Below, in pieces: positions 1-12,954 of a stretch of 64,000 nt of DNA (within the stretch, counting starts at the first letter, position 1; every line of letters starts with the position of its first letter). The position numbers and the translations under genes are program-made. The notes below the pieces were generated by a model, which was given only the letters and a program-made list of their open reading frames with translations, did no database searches and was not told the DNA's origin. Origin of the DNA: Octopus sinensis (Eukaryota). Where the stretch lies: the NCBI RefSeq assembly GCF_006345805.1, contig NC_043025.1, forward strand, positions 8,308,001-8,372,000, in the 5' to 3' direction.

Positions 1-379
1 TGTGTATGTGTGTATGTATGTATACATGCATGTATGTATGTGTCTATGTATATATGTAGATATGTATGTATGTATGTGTGTGTATGTATGTATGTATGCA
101 TGTTGTATGCATGTGTATATGTATGTAAGTATGTATATGTGTTGTCCTGAGTAGGACTCTAAAGTGTAGTGGGACTCTCTTTTGGAAGTTTCAGGATTTT
201 GAGGAGTGTGGAACCACACCTTAGCCATTGTTGCCCCCAGGTCTGTTCTAACTCAAACCAGTAGCCCCTGTCTGGATCTCAGCTATGGGTTAATTAGCAT
301 ATCATGGAATTACTTCTAGAAGTAAGCCACACACAGTGATACCCCCAACAGACTCAAAACAGATTAACCCCTTCAGCTC

Positions 380-1916
380 TTTAGCTGCTCACCACCACCA
401 CCATCACTACTACTATTACTTCTACTACTACCTCTACCATCACTACCACTATTCTACTACTACCTCTACCACCACTACTAGTATTAATACCTATTTCTTT
501 ACTACCCACAAGGGGCTACACACAGAGGGGACAAACAAGGACAGACAAACGGATTAAGTCGATTATATCGACCCCAGTGCGTAACTGGTACTTATTTAAT
601 CGACCCCGAAAGACACCACCACCAGCCGTTCAAGAATTTGGACCTGGAGATCTCAATTTCCAGCGACTTCGAGGGCCACCTCCCAGTGGTGTCGGGTGTC
701 CTCAACTACAACAAAATGACCAAAGTTTCTTTTTTTCAAAGGTCTGGGGTCTCCCGCCCCTAAGCCCTAGATCATCGCCTAATCACCCTTACCCGTCTTG
801 TTGCTTAACATCAAGACACCAGCACCAACACCAACATCATCACCATCACTACCACTATTCTACTACTACCTCTGCCACCACTACTAGTATTAATACCACC
901 ACTACCACCACCACCGTCACTACCACTATTACTTCTACTACCACCAACACCATCACTACCACTATTCTACTACTACCTCTGCCACAACTACTAGTATTAA
1001 TACCACCACTACCACCACCACCGTCACTACCACTATTACTTCTACTACCACCAACACCATCACTACCACTATTCTACTACTACCTCTGCCACCACTACTA
1101 GTATTAATACCACCACAACCACCACCACCATCACTACCACTATTACTTCTACTACCACCACCATCACTACCACTATTCTACTACTACCTCTGCCACCACT
1201 ACTAGTATTAATACCACCACAACCACCACCACCATCACTACCACTATTCTACTACTACCTCTGCCACAACTACTAGTATTAATACCACCACTACCACCAC
1301 CACCGTCACTACCACTATTACTTCTACTACCACCACCACCATCACTACCACTATTCTACTACTACCTCTGCCACAACTACTAGTATTAATACCACCACTA
1401 CCACCACCACCACCACCATCACTACCACTATTACTTCTACTACCACCACCACCACCATCACTACCACTATTACTTCTACTACCACCACCACCATCACTAC
1501 CACTATTACTTCTACTACCACCACCACCATCACTACCACTATTACTTCTACTACCACCACCACCATCACTACCACTATTACTTCTACTACCACCACCACC
1601 ACCATCACTACCACTATTACTTCTACTACCACCACCACCATCACTACCACTATTCTACTACTACCTCTGCCACCACTACTAGTATTAATACCACCACTAC
1701 CACCACCACCGTCACTACCACTATTACTTCTACTACCACCACCACGTCACTACCACTATTACTTCTACTACCACCACCACCATCACTACCACTATTACTT
1801 CTACTACTACCACCACCATCACTACCACTATTCTACTACTACCTCTGCCACCACTACTAGTATTAATACCACTACTACCACCACCACCACCACAACTACT
1901 ACTACTACTACTACTA
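380..1916. repeat. CAC/TAC trinucleotide-derived higher-order repeat
   Basis: Recurring modules such as accaccatcactaccactattctactactacctctgccaccactactagtattaat; interrupted at about 488-825. Confidence 0.9.
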
Positions 1917-1944
1917 TAACATTTGCCTTCTCGTTCTTTCCCAG

Positions 1945-2049
1945 GTGACCCAACAGTCTATGGCAACATGTGTCTACCTCAAGTGGCAGAGGATGCTGTG
2001 GTGGCTGCCATTCAAAGCAAGAAGTACAATGGTTATGGACCCTCAGTAG
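1945..2049 (+). CDS. TAT: Tyrosine aminotransferase, first coding exon visible in window (internal, 105 nt)
   Basis: ccag acceptor and gtacgt donor; encodes (G)DPTVYGNMCLPQVAEDAVVAAIQSKKYNGYGPSV, matching the TAT GDPTVFGN...KYNGYAPS motif. Confidence 0.95.
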   Translation: MTQQSMATCVYLKWQRMLWWLPFKARSTMVMDPQ

Positions 2050-2242
2050 GTACGTGAGCTGATTGTTGATCTTGTTCTTGTTGTTACTTTTGTTCTCATT
2101 GTTGTTGTTGTAATTGTCTACAATTGATACAAGGCCTCAAATTGTCATAGAGCACAAGCTATAATCATCATCATCATCATCATCATCACCATTTAATGTC
2201 TGTTTTCCAAGTTGGCATTGGTTGGAAAGCTTGACAGGAACA

Positions 2243-2453
2243 AGGGTAGGTGTTACTGTAGCTTTTAGCCCCAGGAGATCATCGTCTCCAGCTGGCTTTA
2301 GGCACACTTTCTGTGTCCTTATGATATTTGCAAAGGGAAGTCATCCCCTCTCGTAAACCTAAGTTTACTTAGGTTTACGAGAGGGGATGACCTCTAAAGC
2401 CAGCTGGAGACGATGATCTCCTGGGGCTAAAAGCTACAGTAACACCCACCCTT
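2243..2453. repeat. Nested hairpin: ~57-bp outer arms and ~24-bp inner arms
   Basis: gtgttactgtagcttttagccccaggagatcatcgtctccagctggcttt and its reverse complement; inner gtcatcccctctcgtaaacctaag hairpin. Confidence 0.9.
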
Positions 2454-3066
2454 AGTGGTTAGCCATATTGAGATGGCTAGTATACTTTACATTGTCGAGC
2501 GGTTACTGTTTACATCTCGTTCAGAGATTTACTATTGCTTTATATATATATATATATATCAAAAATCAAAAACAAGATCACAATCAAAAATAGAAATTCT
2601 AGTTGTGGCCGATGCCACTGCCACCTGACTGGTTCTCGTGCTGGTGGTACGCAATAAGCACCATTCATGCATGAGCAAATTGACCCCAGGACTTATTCTT
2701 TGTAACCCTAGTACATATTTTATCGGTCTCTTTCGCCGAACCGCTAAGTTACAGGTGCGTAAACACACCAGTATTGTTTGTCAAGCGATGTTGTGGGGAC
2801 AAACACAGACACACTAACATAGACACACACACATACATATAATATATATGACGGGCTTCTTTCAGTTTCCATCTACCAAATCCACTCACATGGCTTTGGT
2901 CGGCCCGAGGCTATAGTAGAAGACACTTGCCCAAGGTGCCACACAGTGGGACTGAACCCGGAACCTTGTGGTTTGTAAGCAAGCTACTTACCACACAACC
3001 ACTCCTAACGCCTATATCATATATATAATATATATATAATATATGAATTTGTTTTTTACCCACAAG

Positions 3067-3134
3067 GTTTGGAATGTGCAAGAAAAGCCGTTGCTGCTTA
3101 TGAATCTAACCCTTCCTTTCCCGTTGATGCAAAG
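3067..3134 (+). CDS. TAT: TAT exon (68 nt)
   Basis: AG/GT boundaries, phase-compatible with neighbours; (G)LECARKAVAAYESNPSFPVDAK. Confidence 0.92.
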
Positions 3135-4216
3135 GTAAGATGGAGATGTTTCTTTTTTCTGTTTACATTATTATAAAATATTCGAATGTAATAGTGGCCA
3201 TCACTCCTATGGGAAAGGAATGAGATGAGGACTGTTGATTTTGATGAGGTTGATTGAGGATTAGTTCAGCTGTTTCATATTGTTGCACCTTTCTGCCACT
3301 TATTTCTCTTCCTTGTTGCCATCTATCTCCTTCTTCTTCTGTCTCCCCCTCGCTCCCTTTCTCTCTCTCTCTCCTCTCTACCCCTCCCTCTTTTTCTCCC
3401 TTGCTCTGTCCATCTCACCATCTCTCTCCTTCTCCCTCCCACTCCTCTCTCTTACTTTAAATCTCTCTCCTCTCTCTCCTCCTCTCTCCTACTCCCTATC
3501 TCTCCCTCTCACTACGTCTGTCTCACACTACCTCTCCCTACCTCTCCTTTTCTGTCCTTTTTTTCCCATATCTCTTCATCTTTCCCTCTTTCTTGCTCTG
3601 TTTTTCTTTCTCCTTTCTGTTTTTTATTTTACTTCTATTTCTATTTCTTTTCCTCTCTCACCCCAACTCTCACTCTCTGAGAAATGATGGAAGATGAAGA
3701 AAAACAAAGACACATACATAAGTTTGTGTTGTTTTATTTTTGCAATTAGGCAAAGGTGGTGAAATGTGTACCATAGCTGATGTTTCTCAAAGTGTCTGCA
3801 TATTTTAAATATATCTGATCTGGTGTTAAAGTAGATATTCATTGTTGTGTAAATTTTTGAGAAATTTTCATTCCTCTGTTTTGGAAAGATCACATCTTTT
3901 GTATTTATTGCTGCAAAGCCAAAAATACTCAATAATTTTCCATTTGATGTCACAGTTAGACACTTAATTACCAGATCTAGTCGCCTAATTTTGTCACTTT
4001 TCTATTTTCCGTAAATCTAAAAGATGTATGATTTTTAAACAGAAGTAAATGTGCTACTTGGTCAACATTGCAGATAATTATTTCCAAAATACATTACTAC
4101 AATCAAATCAATTCAAAATACATTAAACACTTCTTAGTATATAATTACAAAATTACATAACTAAATACGCTAGAGTACATAATTTTAAATCGGTTTCATT
4201 TCTTATTTGAGATATT

Positions 4217-4930
4217 GGATCTTTTCCTTTTGAACAGCAGTTTGTAACATAATTTCTAGTTAACTAAACACTTTTAAACTTCGTATACTGGTAGAATGTG
4301 TTTATAAAACATCTTTTTCTCTTGGTTTTATTGAGAAAATTCTATAGTTTGTAAGATATTTCGTCTGAAAATCCGAGCATTTCGGCAATTTTAACCAATC
4401 GATTACCTCCATTCAACTAAAATCATTTGCTGCGCCTAAAACTGAGACAACATCCTGTCAGTAACCCTCAACCTAACCCTAACCCTAAATTTTTTTTTTC
4501 TTAATTGTTAAATTAATTTAATTGTTACGCATGCTTTCTGCATATGTACGGAAAGCGTGTGTATAAAATTATAGAATTATTTTGTTTGTTAATTGTTTAA
4601 ATTATTTTCCATTGCTTTCGGTTTTTTTTACACGCGTAACAATTAAATTAATTTAACAATTAAGAAAAAAAAATTAGGGTTAGGGTTAGGTTGAGGGTTA
4701 GTGACAGGATGTTGTCACAGTTTTAGACGCAGCAAATGATTTTAGCTCAAAAGAGAGCATAGGATTGGTTAAAATTCGAAAAATTAAACTACGTTAAACA
4801 AACAAATTACAATTTTCTCAAGAAAGCCAAGAGAAGAAAATGTTTTATTTTGACACATTCTACCAGTATACGAAGTTTTAAAGTGTTTATTTAACTAGAA
4901 ATTGTCTGCTGTTCAAAAGGAAAAGATCCT
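4217..4930. mobile_element. Fold-back/MITE element with ~290-bp TIRs containing CCCTAA/TTAGGG motifs
   Basis: ggatcttttccttttgaacagcag / ctgctgttcaaaaggaaaagatcc termini; arms align in reverse complement. Confidence 0.8.
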
Positions 4931-5327
4931 CGATCTATTGCATTTCAATCTGCTTTAGAGTTTTGGTTTGTTGAAATTGCAGAAATTGAAGAAAAAAAAC
5001 AACAAATATCTTACAAACTATAGAATTTTCTCAATAAAGCCAAGAGAAAAAGATGTTTTATAAACACATTCTACCAGTATATGAAGTTTTAAAGTGTTTA
5101 GTTAACTAGAAATTGTCTGCCATTCAAAAGGAAAAGATACTTCTTAGTATATAATTACAAAATTACATTACGAAATACGCTAAAGTACATAATTACAAAC
5201 CGGTTTCATTTCTTATTGGAGATATTCATTGCGGCAGTGTTACTGTGCACATGAGTAATGGCTTGTTATACACACACACTCACACATATGTTTCCATATC
5301 AATTCTTTCCTTCTTTCCAACTTACAG

Positions 5328-5486
5328 GATGTGATTCTTACTAGTGGTTGCTCCAGTGCCATTGATCTCTGCATCACAGTTCTGGCCAATAAAGGTCAGA
5401 ATATTCTTGTCCCACGACCTGGATTTTCCCTATATAAAACCGTTGCAAACTCTGTTGATATTGAAATCAAATTCTACAATCTATTG
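5328..5486 (+). CDS. TAT: TAT exon (159 nt)
   Basis: ttacag/gtgagt; [53 protein letters not shown]. Confidence 0.97.
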
Positions 5487-5872
5487 GTGAGTAACACTAC
5501 AGAATATGTTGCATATATATTATTACCTCTGAGTCCGTGAGTGGTCTGTGACTATGTTTATATATGTATTTTTTCTCTTTTTATCTTTTACTTGTTTCAG
5601 TCATTGGAATACGGCCATACTTAGGCACTGCCGTTAAGAGTTTATTCAATGAAATCAACCCAGTACTTATTTTTTAAATCTGGTCCTTCGTCTCTCACTC
5701 TCTTTTGCTGAATTGCTAAGTTACAGCTATAACCATATGGAAATATTAAATTTTCTTCTGCTTCTTATATTTTCTGATTTTTCTGTTTTGCCATGATAGA
5801 TCATTAGCTCCTACATGCACTTTTTCTCTCCTTTTTTCTCTCCTTGTTCCTCTCCTTGTTTTTTTCTGTGTA

Positions 5873-5910
5873 TCTTTCTGTCGAAGAGCGTAGGCTCGAA
5901 ACGTAAAAGA
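5873..5910 (+). ncRNA. Minimal hammerhead-like motif (variant core CTGTCGA) in a ~170-bp repeat
   Basis: TCTTT-CTGTCGA-A-GAGC-GTAG-GCTC-GAAA-CG-TA|AAAGA; near-identical copy at 57884-57923. Confidence 0.45.
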
Positions 5911-6715
5911 CTTGTTCTATTTCTATTCCTGAGCGCTATACTAATACATTTGTTTGTTTGTACTCCACCTGCCTTCGTCTTTTGTTTATTTTCGTAAACT
6001 TTCCCCGTTATATATTTTATGTTTCTTTGAACTATTTTGTACCATGAATTTTTTAACAGTTTCACATCACCAGACAGAAAAGAAATGAGCAATATTCAAC
6101 TTTCAAGCAATCATCATCATCACCATTGTCACCACAGTCATCATCATCATCATCATCACAACCATTATCATCATCATCATCATCATCACTATTATCATGA
6201 TAGGCATGATATAATATACATATATATATTATATGATTATATATATATAAATATATAAATACTATATATATATATATACACACGCACACATACACTAAGT
6301 TAAGCACAGTTACTCGCCATACACACAAAAAAACGCACACGTACACACACACATACTACAACAAAACACACGATACATATACACGCACACACACATACCT
6401 CCCTGTTTCTGACCTGCCTTTCTGACTTGCTAGGGTACCCCTACACCACTCCTTAATTCTCCTACTGCCTGCTACTAGCCATTGTCCACCATACACACAC
6501 ACACACTCACACACACACACACACACACTCACACACACACACACTTGTCATCTCGCACACCTTTTTTACTATTCCTTCTTTGATATAGCTCTCTTGTTTT
6601 TAAAAACATTTTCCTCCTTTTTTACCACTTCCGTCTTTTAGTATGTGACCTCGTGAATACCACCGGCGATTTTTTTTCCTCTGTCCTACCGTCTCGGGAT
6701 CTTTCCTTCTCCTTT

Positions 6716-6750
6716 GTTTCCGACGAAGAGCTCCGCTCGAAATGTCAAAC
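6716..6750 (+). ncRNA. Minimal hammerhead-like motif (variant core CCGACGA)
   Basis: GTTT-CCGACGA-A-GAGC-TCC-GCTC-GAAA-TG-TC|AAAC. Confidence 0.45.
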
Positions 6751-6903
6751 CCTCCTTCTTCCCTTCTTTCCTGAGTGTCCAATAATACTTTATTTGTTCC
6801 ACATCCTCGCGTTGTTGTCTTTTTGTTTTCTTGTTTGGATTAACTTTATATATATATATATATATATAATATATGCACACATATATATTGTATGTATATA
6901 CAG

Positions 6904-7095
6904 CCAGAGAAATCTTGGGAAGCTGACCTCAGCCACTTGGAATCAACCATTGACGAGAATACTGTTGGCATTGTTATCATCAACCCATCCAACCCTTGTG
7001 GATCAGTTTACAGCAAGTCACACATCAAAGATATCCTGTCCATTGCATCCAAGTACCGTCTGCCCATCATAGCCGATGAGGTGTACCGTGACATT
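6904..7095 (+). CDS. TAT: TAT exon (192 nt)
   Basis: cag/gtaagt; [13 protein letters not shown]...[12 protein letters not shown]...[11 protein letters not shown] with the class I/II aminotransferase NPxNP and DExY motifs. Confidence 0.97.
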
Positions 7096-7257
7096 GTAAG
7101 TGAAATTTGATTTCTGTTCTTTCAATTTAAATGGGATATATATCTATGTATGTAAGCATGTATGTATGCATGTATGTATGTATGCATGTACAGGTATGTA
7201 TATACACATACATGTCTATCTATCTATCTATCTATCTGTCTAACAATATATATATAT

Positions 7258-7300
<43 letters not shown>

Positions 7301-7515
7301 CTCTCTCTCTCGGAGTGGCACTGAGCAGTTATACGCACACATACACACACGGCAGTAACTTCCACCTACCGAATTCAATGACAAAGCTTCGGTCGGCTCG
7401 GGGCTATAGTGGAAGACACCTACCCAAAGTGCCACGCAGTGGGACTGAACCCGAAACCATGTGGCTAGAAGCAAGCTCCCTAACCACACAGCCATGCCCG
7501 TGCCTATATATATAT

Positions 7516-7603
<88 letters not shown>

Positions 7604-7671
7604 CTTTATTTTAAGCAGCAGAAAATTCAACAAAATCTGTTACTCTGAGTTTCTCGTTATATATATACATA

Positions 7672-8835
7672 CAGGAGTTGGACAAAATAATGGAAACACC
7701 TTAAAATTTCAAACAGATTTATTTTAATATGGGGCAGGACTGCCCTTGGCAGTAATTACAGCTTGAATTCTATGAGGTATGGACTTGTACAAAGTTTGAA
7801 TTGTTTCCAAAGTAATTTTTGTCCATTCTTCAGCCAAAACAGTCTCCAGTTCTTGTAGTGATGATGGTGGTGGATGTCGACTCCTTACTTGTTTTTCTAA
7901 AATGCATCATAAATGTTCAATAATATTGAGATCTGGGGACTGTGTTTGCCAATAAGATGTTCAACTTCACTAGAATGTTCCTCGTGCCATTCAGTAACAA
8001 CTTTAGCTGTGTGAATTGGTGCATTATTATCTTGAAAGATTGCGTTTCCCTCCGGAAACAGGTCCACAACCATAGGATGAATTTGATCAGATAAAATGCT
8101 TAAACAGCCTTGACTATTAATTCTGCCATGAAAGGAAACCATTGGGCCAGCAGATTTCCAAGATATAGCCCCCCCCCCCTCATCATCACAGATCCTCCTC
8201 CATGTTTAACAGTTGGAAGAAGGAAGTCTGGGTCAAATGCTTCTTCTGTATTCTGTAGGTTTTTACTCCACTCTAAATGCTTTGCAATGTTTGTTTTTGA
8301 AAGTGGTGGTTTTCTGATTGCAGTCCTCCCATGAAATCCAGCTTTGTGAAAACTTGGTTCTTGAGGTGGTTATTAAGCTCTGATGTAATTTTGGGAGCTG
8401 TACTCTTGTGATCCTTTCTAACAATTCACATAAGAGTCTGACGGTCCCTTCTGAAAGTTTTAGTTTTCTTCCGGAGTTTTGTTTCAATGAGGAGGTTTTT
8501 ATCCCTCTTTCTCAAAGGCTGTCATTACTTTTGAGAGAGTACTTCTTGATACACCAAACATTTCAGCTGTTTTTGTTACGCTAGCGCCAGCCATACGAGC
8601 ACCAACAATTTGACCTCTTTGAAAGTCCGATAGATCTGTCATTTGAATGAATTCTAATTACCTTTCTCTGATGATATCTGAAAAGAAATAGCAATTTTAG
8701 CAAAACATATTAAGCAACACTAATAAGAAATTTTTAAAAAAGCATAAAAATAAACTAGCTTTTGGCAATTTTATAGGTATTTCAGAATTATGATGCCATG
8801 ATGCTAAGTGTTTCCATTATTTTGTGCAACCCCTG
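7672..8835 (-). mobile_element. Tc1-like DNA transposon, near full length, defective
   Basis: TIRs caggagttggacaaaataatggaaacac / gtgtttccattattttgtgcaacccctg; TA on the left. Transposase starts at 8642 (MTDLSDFQRGQIVGARMAGASVTKTAEMFGVSRS); FQDNNAPIH and QSPDLNIIEHL motifs; frameshifts and stops. Confidence 0.9.
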
Positions 8836-8845
8836 TGTGTGTGTG

Positions 8846-9738
<893 letters not shown>

Positions 9739-10576
9739 TATCATTGTTATTATGTTAAACTGTCGTAAGTCCAAATTTTGCCAAATGCATTTTTTTTTAC
9801 AATATTTATTTTTGCTTGCAATAGCCGGTTCTTTTTGGTCAAACTATCATATCTCCAGTGGCTTAAGATGCCAAGATATCAAAATTTGTCACAGTGTAGT
9901 AGAACGGTTTTGCTATGGAATGGCAAAACTATTTTTTTCATTTTCTGAAAAAGCAACATTTTGGACTTACGACACTTTTACATAATAGCAACGATATATA
10001 TGCATAAAAAGTCAGGAGGTATGAGAGATGAATGCATTTCTATAACCACATTCACCTTATGTGTCCTCCCCAAGATTCCATAAGTCCAACTATTCCAGCC
10101 ACCCCATCATCTCTATAAATGCCCCCAATGAACTTTCCCCACTTATTTCAACCCCCTAATGCCATGAAGATGTACAACAAACTGAACAGATCGCACTGCT
10201 GTAGCAAATTGAATTTCTGTTGGGGCTTTAGTGGAGCCCAGCATATCCACCGAAACATCCATTTCATGGCTCATCCATGGGCCAACCTTGACGCCTAAGT
10301 AGGAGCATTTTTCTATGGGTTCAACTCTTGAGAGCTGAATCCCATCGATCATGAGAGAGTCCTCATATATATATATATATATTACACCACGTTACAGGAC
10401 TGTCACATTAAGTTGACAGTTTTCAACCACTCTATCGCTCCACCACCGTACATATCTCTATGAGATATTTAGAAATTTAATATTTCTGATATATATATTA
10501 TTATATATATATAATAGAAATATTAAAATTACTAAGTCTCTCTAAAAGAGAACAGCGGCAGCGTTCCCGGAAAATA

Positions 10577-10982
10577 ATAGTTATCGCCATACTAATATGA
10601 CATTCTTATAAAAATAAGAATAAAGCTGTCCGCTTATTAGCTCCATGAGGCCATCGCCTTAAGTTAGCTATTTGATACACAAACTGTATCCATATAACCT
10701 TCGAACAAGGGAGGTCAGTCGCTCCACCACTACTTGACCGGCAGCTACAGACGCGTTTCGGGGTATTGCCCCTTTTCAATGCATTGAAAAGGGGCAATAC
10801 CCCGAAACGCGTCTGTAGCTGCCGGTCAAGTAGTGTGGAGCGACTGACCTCCCTTGTTCGAAGTTTATATGGATACAGTTTGTGTATCAAATAGCTAACT
10901 TAAGGCGATGGCCTCATGGAGCTAATAAGCGGACAGCTTTATTCTTATTTTTATAAGAATGCCATATTAGTATGGCGATAAC

Positions 10983-10985
<3 letters not shown>
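10577..10985. repeat. Near-perfect 409-bp palindrome with no spacer
   Basis: Centre caatg|cattg at 10781/10782; two mismatches and one 1-nt indel seen. Confidence 0.95.
10780..10817 (+). ncRNA. Minimal hammerhead-like motif with compensated U3-A8 core, inside a palindrome (mirror copy on - strand)
   Basis: TGCA-TTGAAAA-GGGG-CAATA-CCCC-GAAA-CGCG-TC|TGTA. Confidence 0.5.
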
Positions 10986-11017
<32 letters not shown>

Positions 11018-11227
11018 TATGTATATATATGTATATTATTATATATATATATATTAATGTATATTATATATATATATATTATATATGTATATATAATGTA
11101 TATATATATGTATATATATATGTATATATATATATATATTATATGTATGTATATATATATGTATGTATATATATATGTATGTATATATATATGTATTATA
11201 TATATATGTATATATATATATATAATG

Positions 11228-11258
<31 letters not shown>

Positions 11259-11259
11259 G

Positions 11260-11295
<36 letters not shown>

Positions 11296-11304
11296 ATATA
11301 TATG

Positions 11305-11335
<31 letters not shown>

Positions 11336-11372
11336 TATATATTGTATATGTATATATATATATGTATATGTA

Positions 11373-11403
<31 letters not shown>

Positions 11404-11441
11404 CTATATATATATTATATATAATATATAAATATATAATA

Positions 11442-11738
11442 GGAGGTGCAATGGGGCTTAGTGGTTAGGGCAGCGGACTCGCGGTCGTAGGATCACGGTT
11501 TCGATTCCCAGACCGGGCGTTGTGAGTGTTTATTGAGCGAAAACACCTAAAAGCCCCACGAGGCTCTGGCAGGGGGGGAGGGCGATCCCTGCTGTACTCT
11601 TTCACCACTCTTTCTCCCACTGTTTCTTCTGTTGGCCTGCTCGCCTAACCAGCGGGGTGGCGTCATTCAAAGGCTAAAACAATGCGAACGCATTGTGACC
11701 AACGATGTGTAACAACATCTGATGGTCGGTCACGTGAT
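11442..11738 (+). mobile_element. tRNA-head SINE family 2 (~295 bp)
   Basis: A box tggggcttagtgg, B box ggtttcgattccc, ends ggtcacgtgat; other copies at 28655-28938 (-), 50413-50702 (+) and 15838-16032 (-, partial). Confidence 0.85.
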
Positions 11739-11754
11739 ATATATATATACATTT

Positions 11755-11791
<37 letters not shown>

Positions 11792-11916
11792 AAGAAAAGA
11801 GAAAAAAAACACAATGGAAAATGGTGTGATTGAACCATTGACATTATGATTGTGAAGCATGTTTGTTAACCATTCAGCCAATCCCGTAATATGACTATTA
11901 AAGGTTTTTTCCACAG

Positions 11917-11999
11917 GTCTTCCATGACCAAACGTTTCACTCCATGGCCTCTCTCTCAACAGATGTACCAGTCCTAACATGTAGTGGCATCGCAAAGAG
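11917..11999 (+). CDS. TAT: TAT exon (83 nt) carrying the PLP-binding lysine
   Basis: ccacag/gtatgt; VFHDQTFHSMASLSTDVPVLTCSGIAK(R). Confidence 0.95.
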
Positions 12000-12615
12000 G
12001 TATGTTTCAACAGTTTGAATTCACTGAAAAAAGAAGGATTAAAATAAAATCTATTTCCGTTTTTAATTTTGACGTATTTATTTCACTCGTTGGACTGTGA
12101 CCATGCTGGGGCACTGCCTTGAAGGGTTTGGTCGAACAAATCGACCCCAGGACATATTTTTAAGTTTGGGGCAAACTCTGTTGTTCTCTTTTTTTGCCAA
12201 ATTGCTAAGTTACAGGGACGTAAATAAACCAACACTGGTTGTCAAGTGATAAAGATAGATAGACAAGAAGACACACAAACACACTTACATGTATTCTTTT
12301 ACTCTTTTACTTGTTCCAGTCATTTGAATGTGGCCATGCTGGAGCACCGCCTTTAGTCGCATAAATTGACCCCAGGACTTATTCTTTGTAAGCCCAGTAC
12401 TTATTCTATCGGTCTCTTTTGCCAAACCATTAAGTTATAGGGACATAAACACACCAGCATCAGTTATCAAGCGATGGTGGGGGACAAACACAGACACACA
12501 AATATACGTGCACACACAAACACACACACAGACATACATACATACATACATACATATAAATATATACATAAATGAAAGAATGGAGTCGAACGAAGATGTT
12601 AACAAAATTCCTTTA

Positions 12616-12697
12616 CTCTCGACATATGTTTCGAAGACAACATGTTTTCATTCCAAAGGAATAAAGGGTGCATTATGCAATCTTCTCATCAGGAAAG
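12616..12697 (-). ncRNA. Type I hammerhead ribozyme motif, canonical core
   Basis: Reverse complement reads CTTTC-CTGATGA-GAAGA-(43 nt)-TCTTC-GAAA-CATATG-TC|GAGAG: stem I 5 bp, stem II 5 bp with G10.1-C11.1, palindromic stem III, GUC cleavage triplet. Confidence 0.75.
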
Positions 12698-12954
12698 AAA
12701 GGGAGCCTCTCTCTCGACAAGACAAACAAAAATTTCGATGACTGCCTACATGGTAAACAAAGCGATAATGAGTGTTTTTTAAAAAACTGTTAGAAGAATT
12801 GATGTCAAAGATAGATAGTAGGAAGAGAAGGGATAAAGTAGTGATAGTTAGGGAACAAGTGGAGAGGGAAGGGTACGTTGATTGAAAGAATGTTCGAAGG
12901 CTTAGGAAAGAATTTCGCTATTGAAGTGGGGTAGGTCTTGACAGATACGTTTAT

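Noticed and set aside
336-1650. His/Thr/Val-rich ORFs as the missing 5' TAT exon
   Set aside because: Derived from the CAC/TAC repeat and a SINE fragment; no resemblance to the TAT N-terminal region.
4463-4700. Interstitial telomere or chromosome fusion site
   Set aside because: Only 2-4 hexamers per side, and they are fixed parts of a TIR repeated at 63.6-63.8 kb.
11442-11520. tRNA genes at SINE heads (also 21727-21900, 43266, 50413)
   Set aside because: A and B boxes are present, but I could not fold a full cloverleaf, and each continues into a repeated SINE body or tail.
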